Positions 27,351-40,475 of a stretch of DNA of 64,000 nt are shown piece after piece; within the stretch, counting starts at the first letter, position 1, and each line of letters starts with the position of its first letter. Origin of the DNA: Eledone cirrhosa (taxonomy: Eukaryota); assembly GCA_964016885.1 (NCBI GenBank), contig OZ024741.1, forward strand, positions 154,132,001 to 154,196,000, in the 5' to 3' direction. The notes under the pieces are model-generated. The model searched no databases and was not told the origin of the DNA. It saw nothing but the letters and a program-made list of their open reading frames with translations. The position numbers and the translations under genes were made by a program.

Positions 27351-28718
27351 AAACATATCTTAATTTTATGTTTTGAACATTGGAGTTATAGAGTCTGTCA
27401 AACTTATTTTAACAAAATATATGTATATATATACAATATATACACACTTCGAATATAGAAAAAAATGTGTATTTATACACGCAAAGGTTTCAGGACCCTA
27501 GACAATATTAACATATGTCTAGTTTGCTCATCATATACTTAACATATATATATATATATATATAAAATCTTGAAATCCAAATAGATTCACTACAATGATC
27601 ATAGCGTTAGAAAATCGGGTAAAATGTAAACAAAATATTTATACATATAAAAATCACCATCAACCTTACTCAATTTAGTATATTGACAGCTAGATCTGAA
27701 CTGTCGAAACGGCCGGAGCTCAGCCGAGTTCCTGACTCTTTTCCTATTACCCACTACTCTAAGTATTGAGTACTCTGGTGCGTTATGGTCCACCTGGTTC
27801 CTTACCACACTTCCTTCGTTATATATATATATATTGTTATACTTGGGGAGGGTCATATTTGTGTAATAATATTGCCAGAATTAATAACAGAACACACTCA
27901 CTGTTTGGTTGGTTTTCGCTTCTGTGTCTTTTATATCGGTTAATTTAATTTATTCGGTCCTCAATGTTGCCATTGACTGACCAACGGTCAAAAATACAGA
28001 TATAATATAGACACAAACACATATATATAGTCTAACAAAGTTATTTCGTTGCACATCTGCAACATTGTCAGTGGTGCTATTATGTTTCCTCCCGTTGCAT
28101 TGTATGCCTACGCCATCTTTATTTAGTCTGTTTATTTATTTATTTATTTGTTTATTTTTTGTCTTCTCTGCACATGCGTTTGCGTGTGTGTATAGTGTTT
28201 TGTTTAATGTGTGGTCTTGTTTGGGTGACTGTGTATTGGTTAATGTATTCTATCTTAGTTTACTAGTGTGTGTTTATATGTGTTTGTTGTTATTGTGCTT
28301 GTGTATTTATTTATTTATTTATACTTCTCTTAGGTCAGTGTTGTTTGTTTGGGTGGTGTTGTTATTCCATTCATTTTTTCTGTTTCATATCAAAAACCTC
28401 GCAAAACTATATATATATATATGTGTGAATATGAAAACAAGACGTGCTGCGTGGTTGCAAATGGGTTACATATGAATAAATTTAGTCCTTCATCAGTGAT
28501 CTTCCAACCTTCATTGGTATTTCATCGCTTTAAAGACCATATACCTCCGGTTGGTGCGAGCAACGGCTAAAGAAAGTCGTTGGGACACGAAAATAAGGGG
28601 AACGAGCGAGACTGTAAACAATCAAAGATATATATATATATATATGCAAATTCTGTATCCCTAATGCTCAAAACCTTTTTTTTTTTTCGAGGGTAAAAAA
28701 ATATTAACGCTTATACAG

Positions 28719-28758
<40 letters not shown>

Positions 28759-28936
28759 TGTTTCTACTTTAGGCACAAGGCCAGCAATTACCCAGTGCAT
28801 TACTGGTACTTTATTTTATCGACCTCGTAAGGATGAAAGGCAAAGTCAACCTCGGCGGGATTTGAACTCAGATCGTAAAGGGACGTAACTATGCTGGAAA
28901 GCATGGTGTCCGACTCTCTACCGATACTGCCAATCC

Positions 28937-30560
28937 AATAATAATAATGAAATATTGTGTAGTGCTCAGGTGCACTACAACTCATCAAAAAGTGTATGTA
29001 TAGTACATAGGGTAATGTACAAACGTCAGGAAAATGAACAGTGCACGAGTCATGATACACACGTGTGCATGTGTATGGAAGGCGTACATCAGGTGTAGTT
29101 TTGGCGTATTTCAGGAAGCATGAGTGTCTTAAAGGATGCAGTGTCTCGGCAGCTAACAACCGATGCAGGCAGTTTGTTCCATGCTTCAGCAACTCTGAGC
29201 GTGAAAAAATGTCTATGAAAGTCATGGGAGCTGTGCTGTTTACTGATTTTGTAGGCATGTCCACGTGTGTTAGACACATGGAGATCAAAAAGGTGCTTTG
29301 TGGGTATTTACCAAGTCCATTGCCAGACGTCGGAGCTTCAATGAATCCATGCCCAGGGAAGCAAGGCGTTCAGAGTATGGTAGGTGTCTGATGGAGGGTA
29401 TGCGCTTGGTTGCACGTCTCTGAACAGTTTCCAGGAGGTCAATGTTCTGAGCAAGATAGGGGTTCCAGACTGATGATGCGAATTCGAAGTGTGGTCGTAC
29501 CATAGCTGTATACAATTTTAAATACATGGCTGGAGAGCGGCTAACAAAAGTCTTGCTGAGTGATGCCAAGACACCCTCGGCCTTCTTGACAATCTTAGAG
29601 ACATGCTTTGTCCAACGCAAATCGCTGCTGACAGTAATGCCCAGGTCACGTTCACAAGAGGACTTCTTGATATCAGTGTTGTGGAGGGAGTATGTGGACG
29701 CTGGATTTTTCCTCCCAAAATGCATGGTGGTACACTTGTCCACAGCCAGCTTCAGTTGCCAGTCTGTGATCCATTGCTGCATTGTGTCCAAGTCTGATTG
29801 TAGGAAAGAGTTGTAGATTTCAGGATCAGTCCTTTTGATTTCAAGGTACAGCTTGATGTCATCTGCATATTTCAGTACCGTGGCATTCTTTAAGTTGGCA
29901 TCTATGTCATTAATATATGCCACAAACAAAAGGGGACCAAGAACAGCTCCCTGTGGTACACCAGATGACATCTCATATGGTGAAGAATGCTGTCCTAGAA
30001 CCGTGACTACCTCTTTTCGGCTGAGAATGAAGGATTTCAACCAGTCGAAAAGATCATCCCTCACACCCATTGCAGAGAGTTTTGCCATAAGTCTTTTGTG
30101 TAGCACAGAATTAAAAGCCTTAGCAAAGTCAAGATAAACAACATCCACCCATGAGCCGCTGTCAGTGATCCAGGTGATGTCTTCAAGGAACTCGATAAGC
30201 TGATCACAGCAGCTGGAGTTAGGGATAAATCCAAACTATGAGGGTCGGATGAGGCTGTGAGAGCTCCAGAAGTTCCAAAGTGTTTCTCTGACACAGGATT
30301 CCATCAGTTTGGCCATACAGCTAGTAAGACTGACTAGACAATAGTTGACAGGTGACATGCAGTTGCCCTTTTTGAACAGGGGAATGACACTGGCAGTTTT
30401 CCACTGCTCCGGAGTAGCACCATTGTTGAAACAGTATTGAAAGAAGAAAGAAAGCTGGCGCAAAAGGAAATACCCGCCACGTTTGAGAAGCAAGTATGTA
30501 ACACCATCAAGACCAGGGGAGGCATAGTTGCGCTTAAGTGCGTTGAATTTCCCGTAAACA
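28937..30560 (-). mobile_element. CR1-clade LINE, 5'-truncated and frameshifted, with (TAT)n tail
   Basis: VIPLFKKG, YLDFAKAF, SGVPQGAVLGPLLF, YADD, ERDLGI, WNPY, TRGHAYK, FFTLRVAEAWNKLP; 3' UTR stem-loop TTGTGTAGTGC..GCACTACAA. Confidence 0.92.
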
Positions 30561-31539
30561 ATACCCTACTGTCTTTTTTTAGGTCATTGATTCTAAACAC
30601 GGAACGCAATCTCTAAATTTTACATTACATCGTTTTTAACAAAAAAATATTTTATAAATAGTTGTTAAGGCCAGCAATAACCCAGTACATTACTGGTACT
30701 TTATTTTATCGACCCCGTAAGGATGAAAGGCAAAGTTAACCTCGACAATAGTGGGGGGGGGGGGGGCATCAACTTTTTTTATGTGTCATGGAACAAACAA
30801 TGCCTGAAGAAAAGACGAACCATCCTCACTTGACTACACCAACAACAACAGCGTGTTGAAATATGCAGTACCCTCAAAAATTATTAGCCAGAGGATCCAC
30901 CGCTCTTCGCGGTGTATGATTGGGTGTGCGGATCTTCTCACCTCATTCACTTTTTGTTCTACCTTATTATCCCCCTTTTTTTCTTTAAGTACTATAGATA
31001 TAAGCACAGTATTGTGTTTATATGCATAGTTATTAGTGGAAAATATAATTTTATATTTTCACGGAATCTAAAGAGATTTAATTTCAATGACATTAAAATA
31101 TAGGCTATTTTAATTTTACTGTGCAATTTAAAAACAAATTAAATGACCATTTTTTTTTTTTTAAAGTTATTAGTTAGGGAGTAACGCGATATACTAAATC
31201 AATAAAAGGTATATACATGTAGTTATTTAACTGACTAAATGCAAGCTCGGTCAGAGCGGACTTTGGGGAACACAACAACAGATATTTACACCTGTTTTAC
31301 GATGAGGGTGGCCAACACTGTCAACTTTAGTTAAAACTAGTGGATTACTGTTTTTTTTACTTAATTTGGGCCCTCTTTTACCTGTTCCAACCGACTGGCT
31401 GGGACCATGCTGGGGCTACTTATTACTTTAATATTTTAATTTTTACAAACTATGAATCCTACTCAATATATTCAATTATCAACTAAGTAAATTAGAACAA
31501 AAAGAATGACTACATGCAATCTTTATATATATTTTTTTC

Positions 31540-32960
31540 ATGTAGGGCAAAAAAGCTCACTTTTTATTATGATGACATTTGAAGAGATTTTTAAAGAAAT
31601 AGAGAAAGTGACGTCCGAACGAGTATCCTCCACCTCCAACTAACTTACTCTCCGCCTCTGGGTCCCGGGTGGCAGGCGGGGACGGTGAGGGAGACGCACT
31701 GGAACAGTCACACCACCTCGCGGGCAGCCAACTCCGTTCCGATAGCAGTGAGTAGGGATGTGGAGACCGAAAAGATCCACAGTGGTACCACAGCGGCATT
31801 TGTGAAGTTCACAGACGCGGAGGACGAGCCTCAGAGAAAGACCTATGCCCAAGCAGTTGCTGTCCAGCTAAGTACTAGTCGCAAGTGATGGAACTGCGTT
31901 GAGCCAGACACCACAGTAAGATTGGAAGGTCAAGCGGAAACATGCCAGACGGTGCGGAAATCATGTTTCAAAGGATGGCATCCCATTTGTTTTGGAGGGG
32001 TTGGACATCTACAGAGAGGAGAGAGAGAGGTGGACGTTCACAGGGCGGAGGCCGAACTGGTTCCATGTTGCGAGGCTCTTTGCGCTCCTCGTTCACAGAA
32101 GGTTCAGTTGTGTTGTGGAAAACCCAGTTGATGATGACATGGCAAGAAGTCACCGACAAAAGGAAAGTAGGCCGGGCCAGTGAGACAAGAGACCAAAGAA
32201 CTTTGGCATGGCGAAGCAGTTCCTCAACAGAAAGAGTGGAGGATGGGCGTCAATCAGGCTCAGTCAACTCATTTGGGGCTATATTCCTACAAAAGCTGCT
32301 ATTTGTGTATGTTAAACTGCAATTTGTAAATGCTGAGGTGAACTGTTTGAGAAATGTTTCTTCTGTGTGTTGTAAACATACAAGCACCAATAAGTTTCTT
32401 TGTAGATCATACACGAACGTATAAATGCAATAAGCTCTGTTTATAATATATTGATTGAAAATAAAGAAAAACAGAAATAAAAAAATAGAGAAGACAGGCA
32501 CACCCAATCACACACCGCTAAGAGCGCTGGGGACCCCTACCCTCTCTAATAATTTCCGAGGCAAGCCAACACCTGCAGCATTGGTGATGGAAAGGCTAAA
32601 ACATTAGAGTAGTTAAGCACCCTCACCAGGAGCATCGTCTTTACTGCAGGATTGGGGATGTGGGAAGTAGCAAAAGAGTCGTTGACTGTGGAATCCCAAA
32701 TGAGAAATCTACTTCTTACCCAGGAGCAAAGGGTAAGACCATCTGGCCTCTTCCCATCAACTCTAGACAATCCAGCTGGCTCCAGAATTCAGGAAATATC
32801 AACTCGAATCAGGGTTTGATTATTAGTTTATTTCAGCATGGCTAGTGGAACGACTTGCATTAAAGTGGCAAGATAATCCATGAAGACCTGTGGAGTCAAA
32901 GGACCTACCATAACGACATTTCAATTCTCTACAGACATCAGCTCCGACTGTGTGCAATGA
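31540..32960 (-). mobile_element. Two adjacent CRE-clade fragments (about 31540-32255 and 32440-32960)
   Basis: IGLSLRL..CELHKCRCG; SRVDGKRPDGLTLCSW..LIWDSTVNDSFA RLE motif. Confidence 0.75.
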
Positions 32961-34580
32961 AGATGTGGAGCTCATCTACCGATGTTGGTCTCGGGCAGAA
33001 TGTTTATATTAAGTTTCAAAAATTACATATGGTGTTGGATGCCCTTGAAATGTAATTCGTTTATAGCTGAATCACCATATCTGGTGAGCAGATAGATACT
33101 GGAGTCACACTGTAAATGTGGTTGCCGTAGAAACCAAGCCAGAAACAGTTGGGACAGTCTTGGCATCAGTGACGTTGCTACTCATTTCTACATCCAAGTA
33201 AACTGGAGCAACGTGAAATAAAGTGCCTTGCTCAAGGACATAACGCATCACCCGGTCCGAGAATCGACTCACAACCTCTCAATAGCAGGCTCAACACATA
33301 TATATATTATTGAATACTACCCGATCTGTACCGCAATCACTTCGCGAGCTGTCTGCAGGTGTTGAACTAGCAATGCGATGTTCAATATTTGATTTTATCA
33401 GAAACCATTATCATTTATAGAGGGAGTGTGTGTGTAGATTATGGTGAGAGGTAGTCTCTGAGATAAATTATTTAAACGTGATATCACAAAGCACAAAATA
33501 CAAAGTAAACTCAATGTCATTCGGATGGCAAGTTGCAAGAATAAATAACTACCCTGTTGCCTAGTCTTTGTTCACATAAATAAAACATCAAATATTTGAA
33601 GTGTGTGCGTTCCAACGCAAATGGTCTTAATAATTGCCAATCACTAGAAATAGTATTTGGGAAAATCGAGTAAAGTACCTTTAAAGACGGGAAAGCGCCA
33701 CTGTTCAATCGTTTCCACCCTTAGAGGTACTTTTCCCGGTTTTCTTAATTATTATTTATAGTGATCGACTATCATTATGGTCATTTGTGTTGGGACGCAC
33801 ATATTTAAAATTTTCAGTGTTCCTTAAGTCGACCGCTTTGTTTATCAAATATTTATTTTAAGGTTCGTAAAAAAATAAAACAATGGCATAATCAGTTTAG
33901 TTCCCTAACCCGGGGTTTAACCTACTACACACAAATCGAATTTATCCGGTGGTAAATTACAGATCGAAAGTATTCAATGATTAGCCAACGGAAGTATTGT
34001 TATAACACACACACACATATATATATATGACTGAATCTTAACCATCTACTATGTCAGGGTATGTCATGTATCATTTTATTTTATCTGATGAGGACGTATT
34101 TTTGAACTTAACTCTACCTCTGAAATATGTATAATAAAATATAATTGATCACAAGAATATTTATTTTGTTAATATTTTGAATTAATATTAATAACTCTGG
34201 AAAACCTTTACTGTTGAGTGCTTCCAATCTATTGTAAAACTCATTCTTTGATGTATTCATTGAACCTTGTTTAACTTTTAAATATATATATATATATATT
34301 TATTAAAATAACAGATTAAAGTTTATATATATATATTAAAATAACAGATTAAAGTTTATATATATATATTTTGAAAAGATATGGATATGTTTATCTCATT
34401 TATGATATGTGTGATAATTGTATCATATATATATATATATATATATATATAAATTTTAGTACAGCATTGACGAAGCTTTAGTATACGGCCAAGCTAGCGT
34501 ATATGCATAATCGGTCTGTAGCTTTAGCACTCGGATGAGGTAAGACCCCAGAGTAATAACATTACGTTCAGACAGCTTAG

Positions 34581-34637
<57 letters not shown>

Positions 34638-36954
34638 ACAATCATCACACATATCATAAATGAGATAAACATATCCATATCTTTTCAAAATATTCTGCCC
34701 TTATCAATGGTTCGATAACAAACATTAGAGGAATACGACAAAAAAGAAGGAAAAAATGGATTTTAAAAATGACGAGACGAAGCTGATCAAATGATCAAGG
34801 AAGTCTAAGATATGGAATTGTGTATGTATATGGTTCGATTATCGTAAATTTCGTGGGTTAAAGAAGTCAATTGAAAGTAAAAATGACATTCCAAAATAAT
34901 GAGTGAGTCAGCGGGCGGTAGTGTTATGTAGAATAAATGTAAAATACAATAAACTAGGTGATTCGGGAGGCAAATTTAATGTTTAGGGTATTAAATAAAA
35001 CATTATGGTTCGTTTGTATGAAACCCTAAGATTAAATGCTGAAACGTTGTTAACCCAACAGAAATATAATCCGTTATAGGTTAGAACATAAAAAATACAA
35101 ATGTCCCGACAATAAACGAGGACATGGAGGATGTGCGTGTAATGTAGTGTCGTGTGTGACAAATCAGAAACATTCTGAAAAGTATTTAATGACTGGGGAC
35201 GAGATGCTGGTTTGCAGTGTAGTTTAGGGTATGCTGTATCAGATGTGTCAGTGTATGTGTATCTATTACAGGCGCGCCAACAAGAAGACGGGAGTCATAG
35301 TTATTAAATTGGCATGCGGCTATGTCAGTTACAGACGACAATACATACACACGCCTACAAAACAATCTGTTCACAGATAAATGGATAGAGAAATAAATAA
35401 ATAAGTCAATGGGGCAGTATCGAAAAAACCATGACTGAAGTATGTCACTTCTGTTATTTCTTGATGTTCCTAATAATAAAAGTGGGGTTACAAAAGCGAT
35501 TTAATTTACCTGTTACTTGTAAAGGTTTCCGTGAAAGTCTCAGCGTTTTTTCTTTCTAGGGCTCCGACCCGGTACAAGGATGACAAATCACGATACGATG
35601 TGTGATTGGATAAATTAAAATTAAAAGTAAAATTATCTTATGAGATAAAATATAAATTATAATTAACTGCGTAATTTTTAGTTGTTGACAGTAGAATTTT
35701 GTTTAAAATGTTAATTTTTTTTTAAATATTTTCTGCTGATAGTAATTTTTCCTCACATTAATGTTGTAATGTCTCTTTAAGTATGGCCACTGTCAATTAT
35801 TACTACAAGTGCTTCCGTCTTATCCAACAAACATTACGATACATTAAATTATTATGGAGTATACAGCTCTCTTTCTAAAATTCTGTTTGCTTTATTTTTT
35901 ATTTTATGCAACGTTATCTATTTACGTCACTATTTCAACGACATTAAATCTATTTTTATCAAATTAAAAATAAAAATATCTCTTTAAATTATTTTATTTG
36001 GCTTACAAAGAAACATTAACCCAGTGTTTCTTAACCATATTTTCTGTATTCATCCCTTTACCATTTCACTATCGCGATTTCCACTCATACATGTTACGTA
36101 GCTTAGTATGTATACAGCGCAGTGTGTTGTATAACATCAACAGATATTTATTTATTTAACTGACACTCCACAACAATAAATGATTTTTATTCCAGCGTCT
36201 TAGCCTCGCTATCACTCACAACAATGCTACGAATGTGTTGACTTGCCTCAAAAATTGTTAAAGGGAAACACCAGCATCCCTCATTGTGGCGTGATTGAGT
36301 GTTTTCTCCCTTATTTTTTTTTTACCTTTTTTTTAAAATATAAATTGAGTTTGTTTGAATATATTCTTTTAAAAATAAAAATGTAAAATTGTGCGTGACA
36401 TTTGCAGCAAGTGCCTAAGTAAAAAAAAATAATGCATTGTGTGAATTCAGGAATGGATGTATCAGGTTTTGTGTGACACAAATGCAAGCAGGGGGTTAAT
36501 TGTGAAAAAGGTACACTGCTGGAATTGCGGTAAAGGGAGAAGAGGACAACACAACAATGTCTGTGTATCTTAGAATTGTCTGTAAGACAAACAAAAAGCT
36601 TTCTTCTGAATCTGGTTTATGCCAGTAATGAAAGGTATTCTAGTACAGTTTACAAACCTCAAACATGTGAACAGCATTCTACTGTGTGGTATATTTAACC
36701 ACTGATAAATGTTCTGGCTTGAATTCATCTTACCACTGAAAAGAAAACTTCGTTTCCTTTGTTTGTATGATGCGTTGTAAACTTTAACATGTGACAACAG
36801 ATTGTAGAAATAGGCCTTAGCGTGAAAAAAATCCTCGAAGTTGTGAAGTGGTTATATAAAGACCCTGGCTAGATGTGAAATTAGGCCCATGTAAAGCTAG
36901 TAATAAGCCCAGGCTAAATATGAACTATAGGTCCACAAGGCTGGTATCCCTATA

Positions 36955-39595
36955 ATCATTTTATTAAGTATAAATAACATTACAAATCGTTTGCAATTCT
37001 TTCAGAATGAAAATATAAACAGAGCATATAAATAAATTTACAGTAGAATAACATAACAAATATGTTTTAAATATATACATAAACAACATTACAAATGTAT
37101 AAATAGCTCGCGATTCATTCAGAAAGATATATTCTTTTAATGTTACAATATTAAAGAAAATGTAAAGGAAGGGGTGAATAACCGAGCCAACACCAAAACA
37201 AAAGACAGCAACGTCGCGAGGAGTACTGGGCAACCTCTAAGCCAGCACACTCGCAGCGTTGCCTCGGGTGATAGCGAGGCTGATGCGTTGAAACAGCCAA
37301 GCGCCCTCGCGAGATTCGCCAGTTGCCTCTATTAGGCGAGCCGCCAGTGAAGAGAGGAACCTCTCAGTCAGCGGCCCCCCAAACGTCTCGAAAGCCACAG
37401 GCTAAAAAATGTAGCTGGCCGACAGATCAGAGTATTTGAGGGTCTTACTCCGCTCGGCTGCGGAAGCTGTGGTTCTCGTCCTAACCGCAGCATCCAGGAT
37501 GTGGGGAAAGAGCAAAAGAGTCACTAACAGTGACGTCCCAGACAAGGCACCTGCCTCTCGACCAGGGGCACACGGTAAGGCCGTCACTTCTGGACAAACC
37601 AGATGGTTCCAAAACTGAGGGGATATTCTCCCGGGCCAAAGCTCTCTTCAGAATGAGGTTTAGCTCCATGTGACGCGCGAAGCGGCCGGCAAGAAAGACC
37701 GTGGAGACGAGGAGTTTGCCGCATCGGCACCTCAAACCCATGCAGACGTCAGCTCCCACTCTGAGGGCGATGGAGACACGAAGTTCGTCCAGGCTGAGTA
37801 GGCCACCAACGTTGGCCACGGGTAGGGCATCAACCCAGTCGCCTGAGTATTTAGCGCTGGCAGATAGTAAGCGGCACCTTGCAAACTGATCTTACTGGAC
37901 GAAGAGGGAGTCGAAGGTGGCCATCGAACTTATGCTGTCCCAAGTTCTCTGACTTCGACTGTCCTCCACCTTCTCAGGAAGAGACAAGCCCAACTCACTC
38001 CATTGCTGGAGAGCTTCACCCAACTCCCTGTTGGAACTAGTCCATGTTGGAGAGGAGAGGATGCTGCTCACCAGGGTGGAGCAAGCGTGGGTGGAGGAAA
38101 GGAAGCAGAGGAGAGAGAGGGACGAACACTTAGGAAGACTAAAACCCCCAAATCGCTTGGGCAACGCAGCCTGATCGCAGGATTCTGGAGAGAGTCTAAC
38201 ATTGACCAGGCACTCGAGTCTCTCGAAGATTAGGTGCTCGAAGCGTTTGAGGCAGGACGGAAATCTATGAGAGGGGCTGACCCTGAGCAGATACAGAAGC
38301 TTAGGAATAGACAGGTACTTCTTGAGTATGAAGAAACCTTGATGGGGTTCGGTAACTTTCGATATTCCTCAGCAGCTGCTCAAGGCCAACCATCTTCGAT
38401 TGGAAGATTGACTCGAAGGCCAGGTTTGTGATTGGGGCTCCTAAGAAGCACCAAGCCGACGGGGGAGGGACCGCAATGGAAGGGGAGGACTCTTCAAACA
38501 GGTCGATTAGATGTTGGTGTTGAGAAGCCGGGTGGTTGAGGATCCAGAGCTCACATTTAGAGCTATTCACCTGGAGACCCCCAGCGGCCAAGCTCCTCAA
38601 CCATCTTGTTGGCAGTGGCGAGAACCATATCCGGAGTTCCCCCCAAACAGGCGTCGTCGAGGTACCAGACATTGAGGTCCAACTCAACCCCCATCTTGGT
38701 GACGTCATCAATGCCCAGTGCAAACCGAGTGGGTCATCCTGTTGGACTCCTGAGGCAGAGGTGATGATTTGGTCACCGAAAGAGAGGTAGGAGGGCTCCC
38801 TATAATCCTGCTAAGCAAAGTGGTAGATTTGTGGGACCCTCTCTCTTACTGAACCGAGGACGATGACGCGGCTGACGGAGTTAAATGTATTCTTGAGGTC
38901 AAGTTTGAGGATGACCTTGGGGGACGAGGAGGGCAAGTTGGTAAATGCTCTGGTAGCGTGGACAACAGCCTCACATCCCAACTTGGTACCCACCCCCAGC
39001 TGGATGGAGAAATTCCTCCGCCACTGAGTCGGAGACCAACAGCAAACACGCCTTTGCAGTGAGACGGCGAAGGGTGCAGCCAACCGCAATGGGGCGCAGG
39101 TCCCCGTTGGGCTTGGTGAGACCAAATAGCTTCGCACGGCTCACACATGCGGGTAGCCAACTCCGTGCTGATAGTGGTGAGTAGGGAGTTGGTCATAAGG
39201 CCAAGGACACCAGAAGTCTCCACTGCTACGGGCTCGACCGCAAACCTGTCAGAGAGCGACCGATGTTTGGAGAGTTTACCCTCCTCAACCCGAAGTGCAG
39301 CAGAGCTTGGATTAGTCGCAGACTGCATCATGTTGCCGCTGGAGAAAATGTCGCTGCATCTGGTATACCAGATGAGGGGTTTGCCACCGCGAAACGAGAT
39401 GATCATGCCGTCCCCTCGGTCCAGCTTCGCCGGCTCGAACTGGGAGGGGAAGCCTGCAGCATCCAATTCTTTTTTTTTTTTAAAGAAATTTTAATGTTTA
39501 TATTTTTTTTAACGAAAGACATAAAATTTTATTCACAGTTGTATAAATAATATTACAAATTGTTCACAATCCTTTCAGAATGAAAATATAAACAC
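36955..39595 (-). mobile_element. Composite of CRE-clade non-LTR retrotransposon pieces (RT+RLE copy about 36955-39090; RLE fragment 39095-39466; poly(A)-tailed 3' end 39469-39595)
   Basis: QLGVG..GCEAVVHATRAF, LKLDLKNTFNSVSR, GVQQDDPLG, WYLDD, GGFSLP, EPSGLSRSDG, VWDVTVSD, AVETSGVLG; 3' UTR ATTACAAAT..CTTTCAGAATGAAAATATAAAC present twice. Confidence 0.85.
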
Positions 39596-40316
39596 ATTTA
39601 CGGCCGGTTGCTGATTTTTGTCTTTCATCTTTCGAGAGTTGAAAAGATTAGTTACCTGACAATTATCAAGGATTCAGTCTAATCAAACATACCTCACATT
39701 TCTGGCTTCGATCATATCGAATATAATCGTTGTTCAAAATTATGTGCTGTATTTAATTACTACTTTCTACGTTGTGAGTTCAAATCCCATCGAGGTCAAC
39801 TTTACCTTTCATCCTATCGGGGTCGATAAAAGTATGTGTTAAGTAATGTGTTGATATAATCGACTTTCCCCTTCTCCAAGTCGCCTTTCATCCTCTCGGA
39901 GTCGATAAATGAAGTACCAATATTATTGTAACCATATCAAATAGGTAGCCTATGAATTAGTCACTAAGTATGGTATTTAAGAGTAAAGGAATTGCTGTTG
40001 ACTAGTCACCGGTAAAAAACAATAAAAATAAAAAGAACATATCTTGTCTTATGTTGTAATACACCTGTAATAATTAATTCATGCAGAAATTCCGATGCGG
40101 CTACTTGCTATTATTCAACGAGTATGGTTACTTTTATACATTCATTGCAATTTATTTGTTCTTGTTTTTCATTCTGGAAAAGTGAAGGAAGCGGCGGAAT
40201 AGCTGTTCACCTGCACACCTGTTAATTTCTGTATAGCTATTTACTTGAATGATGGATTTCAGTTACCGCACTTAGCTTTATACATTCATAACTCTAAATT
40301 TGCTTAAGCACACACG

Positions 40317-40475
40317 CAATCGTTTTTGCGTCCGTTTTTCCACACTTGCATGGGTTGTCCTTTTCAGCACAGCATCTCTCCACACTTCGCGATCCTTCGT
40401 CATCTCCACTGAGTTTCAGCGATTTGAGATCAGGTCTTCCTTCCACTGGGATTTCTTAGCACTTCACCATCCATG
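40317..40475 (-). mobile_element. Short RTE 3' end fragment
   Basis: Reverse complement matches 48845-49040. Confidence 0.75.

Noticed and set aside
27684-27720. GACAG..CTGTC-GAAAC-GGCCG hairpin resembling a hammerhead 3' half
   Set aside because: No CTGANGA box upstream and no NUH triplet
28440-28500. CTGATGA-AGGAC on the - strand
   Set aside because: No complementary stem II arm or GAAA follows; at best a truncated relic
34955-35056. Long hairpin followed by GAAACGTTGT
   Set aside because: The upstream catalytic box is not recognisable
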